Positions 61,835 through 64,000 of a DNA stretch of 64,000 bases are shown piece by piece. Source of the stretch: Octopus bimaculoides. Lineage: Eukaryota. Both the position numbers and the translations under genes were made by a program. The number at the start of each line of letters is the position of its first letter. Position 1 is the first letter of the stretch. The stretch spans positions 72,253,306 through 72,317,305 of the forward strand of contig NC_068988.1 in assembly GCF_001194135.2 (NCBI RefSeq), written 5' to 3'. The notes beneath the pieces are model-generated. The model worked only from the letters and a program-made list of their open reading frames with translations. It was not told the origin of the DNA and ran no database searches.

Positions 61835-63496
61835 TTACATGTGTTCGTGTGTTTGTGTGTGCCGTATGTGCAATGATATTCTTGCTTCGCTTCGAAAATC
61901 AAACGCGAGAACAAGTTAGTTATTCTTGAAATGTGATAAAGAAGTCGATACAACTATTCCTATGCTTAATGTTTGAAATGGTATAAGTCAAACCATTTAA
62001 GAAACAGCTTGTAATAAATGACTATATGTTCATTGATAATGTTACAGAACACTGAACATCTCTCAGGCAGGCTGATGGAAGATAAGTTAAATGTAGTATA
62101 CGTTTCAGTCTCATTTTATTTACGTCTGTTACATACCTTTGGAACATTGTTCTATATTTGTCTTAATATATTATTTTTTGTCTTCACAATCTAAACTAAA
62201 GCAAATGCACAAATATGGCATTTTCATTATTTAATATGTTAAAAATAATTCCTTAAATATTTCAACTTGTAATCAGTATAGATATAGTTTTTATATATTT
62301 TTTATACTTGTGTTGGATACAGGTGGATTCATACAATTGACATGGTCGTCACCATTGCTCTTTACGTGATTAGTCTTTATTGAATAACTCTATGTAACAA
62401 ATGTTTTAATTTTTTTTATTTTTATGTTTATTTCTATTTTTATCTTATTTATTTATTTTTTGACTTTGGTCAGTAAGTGTTGTTTCCTATTTGCTTTCAT
62501 TTAAAATCAAAGGAAATGACTACTATTCCCTTCAAAGTTTACTTTTGTGACCTAGATATCAATGTTTTGAAGTTGATCTATTTTATATTACATTTTAGAC
62601 AGATTCAGCGCTGAGTTGCTGAAGCAGAAACAGCATTATAGCAAATATTCTGCTCAATACCGAAGATTTTCTTGTTAGTTGCCTGATATTAACCACTTCA
62701 GCATATCACTTAGTGGTTGACAATATGTGCATCTCTGATGATGAGCATTTTTTCTTATAAATCTACGTCTTGGACTGCATTACAATGCTTAGTATCACGC
62801 TTTTGCATTAAGAATTTAATTCTCACTAAGTTCTATAGATTAATGAAATATGTTAGAATATTTCATTGATTTATTCTTGTCTACCTTCTAAAGCCTAAAA
62901 TTCTTTCCTTCTAAATGTTCGAAATGGCGGTAAGGAAGAAGTATCCTCACACCAGAAACTTGCCTTGAATGCTTGCAACAGAGTGGATCGGCTAAAAGTA
63001 CATTTGACCTCAGAACGAAAAATGCTGACACAAATACTATAAGACAGTACGTCTGACGCTATAACAATTCTGCCAGTTCTCCAACCTAGACTGTGACTTT
63101 ATCAATCCCTAAACGGAGAAAAGTAAAGTTGACCTCTGCGGCATCTAAAGTCAAAAAGCAGGTAGTTGGAATAAAAAAATGGCAAGATATTTTGTCCGAC
63201 GCTCTGACTACTTCCATTCCGCTACTTAAGAATCATCATTCTCATCTTCTAAATATAGCTAGACGTTAACATTCACTGAATACGTAGTTATATTGCTTAT
63301 CTCTAAAATATTTTGATACTGTTTACTATTATCACACCTGGTTTTTATCATTATATAATACATCAACTGTCATTTTCTTACGAAACCTTGCAAGAGCTTA
63401 TCGTGAAGATTAACAATATCTTAGTAAAATTAATATTCGCTATCGTGATATTTCATCTTAATTATCAAGTCGACATCCTAAAATTAATAATATACT

Positions 63497-63858
63497 CTTT
63501 TACTTGTTTCAGTCATTTGACTGCGGCCATGCTGGAGCACCGCCTTTAGTCGAGCAAATCGACCCTAGGACTTATTCTTTGTAAGCCTAGTACTTATTGT
63601 ATCGGTCTCTTTTGCCGAACCGCTATGTTACGGGGACGAAAATACATCAGCATTGATTGTCAAGCGATGTTGAGGAGACAAACACAGACACACAAACATA
63701 TACACACACATACATATATAGGGCGGGCTTCTTTCAGTTTCCGTCTACCAAATCCACTCACAAGGCTTTGGTAGCCCGAGGCTATAGTAGAAGACATTTG
63801 CCCAAGGTGCCACGCTGTGGGAATGAACCCGGAACCATGTGGTTGATAAGCAAGCTAC
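63497..63858 (-). mobile_element. Near-full-length SINE family 1 copy
   Basis: Has the head (AAGTAGCTTGCTTATCAACCACATGGTTCCGGGTTCATTCCC), core, microsatellite linker and tail (GGCGGTGCTCCAGCATGGCCGCAGTCAAATGACTGAAACAAGTAAA). Partial copies at ~30215-30350, 45600-45720 and 46770-46950. Confidence 0.85.
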
Positions 63859-64000
63859 TTTATTTCATAAATTGGCCATTAAGGCCTTACAAAGAGGGGA
63901 CAAACAAGGACAGACAAACGTAAAGTAGCTGCGGGCTGGACACGGACATTAATGAGATGAGGATGATAACAAAAGGTGAATAAAAATGAGAGAGGCACCG

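Noticed and set aside
61966-62015. Hammerhead-like AATGGT/ACCATT stem followed by GAAACAGCTTGTA
   Set aside because: The CUGANGA box is absent (GTTTGA) and stem I is poor.
62599-62678. Helix-8-like frame FSAELLKQKQHYSKYSAQYRRFSC* as the last GPCR exon
   Set aside because: The available AG acceptors need phase 1 or 2 to reach this frame, but exon K ends in phase 0; the phase-0 readings stop within a few codons.

Overview
AT-rich, microsatellite- and transposon-dense eukaryotic genomic DNA with N gaps beside the microsatellites. The SINE families and repeat landscape look like an octopus (coleoid cephalopod) draft assembly; this is an inference. Most ORF-track entries are translations of microsatellites or transposon remnants. 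The one host gene is a multi-exon class B1 (secretin-family) GPCR on the + strand. I assembled 11 coding exons by hand (16398-55122, 1134 nt, 378 codons, all GT-AG, all phases compatible, no stops), covering the six-cysteine hormone-binding ectodomain and TM1-TM7. It most resembles the invertebrate parathyroid-hormone-receptor-like clade, but several conserved class B polar-network residues are replaced. The signal-peptide exon is uncertain and no helix-8/C-terminal exon was found in the window. Introns and upstream DNA hold remnants of mariner (one full-length with TIRs), Tc1, Tigger/pogo, hAT, Chapaev-like, Helentron-like, Penelope-like, R4/Dong-like, RTE and Gypsy elements, plus many tRNA-derived SINEs. 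The most notable non-coding signals are two minimal type I hammerhead-ribozyme motifs (one sense-strand inside a GPCR intron), a 41-bp-arm intronic hairpin with a single A·C mismatch, a six-module fold-back array, and a diverged ~3-kb duplication upstream of the gene. I found no evidence of a wholly new multi-gene system.
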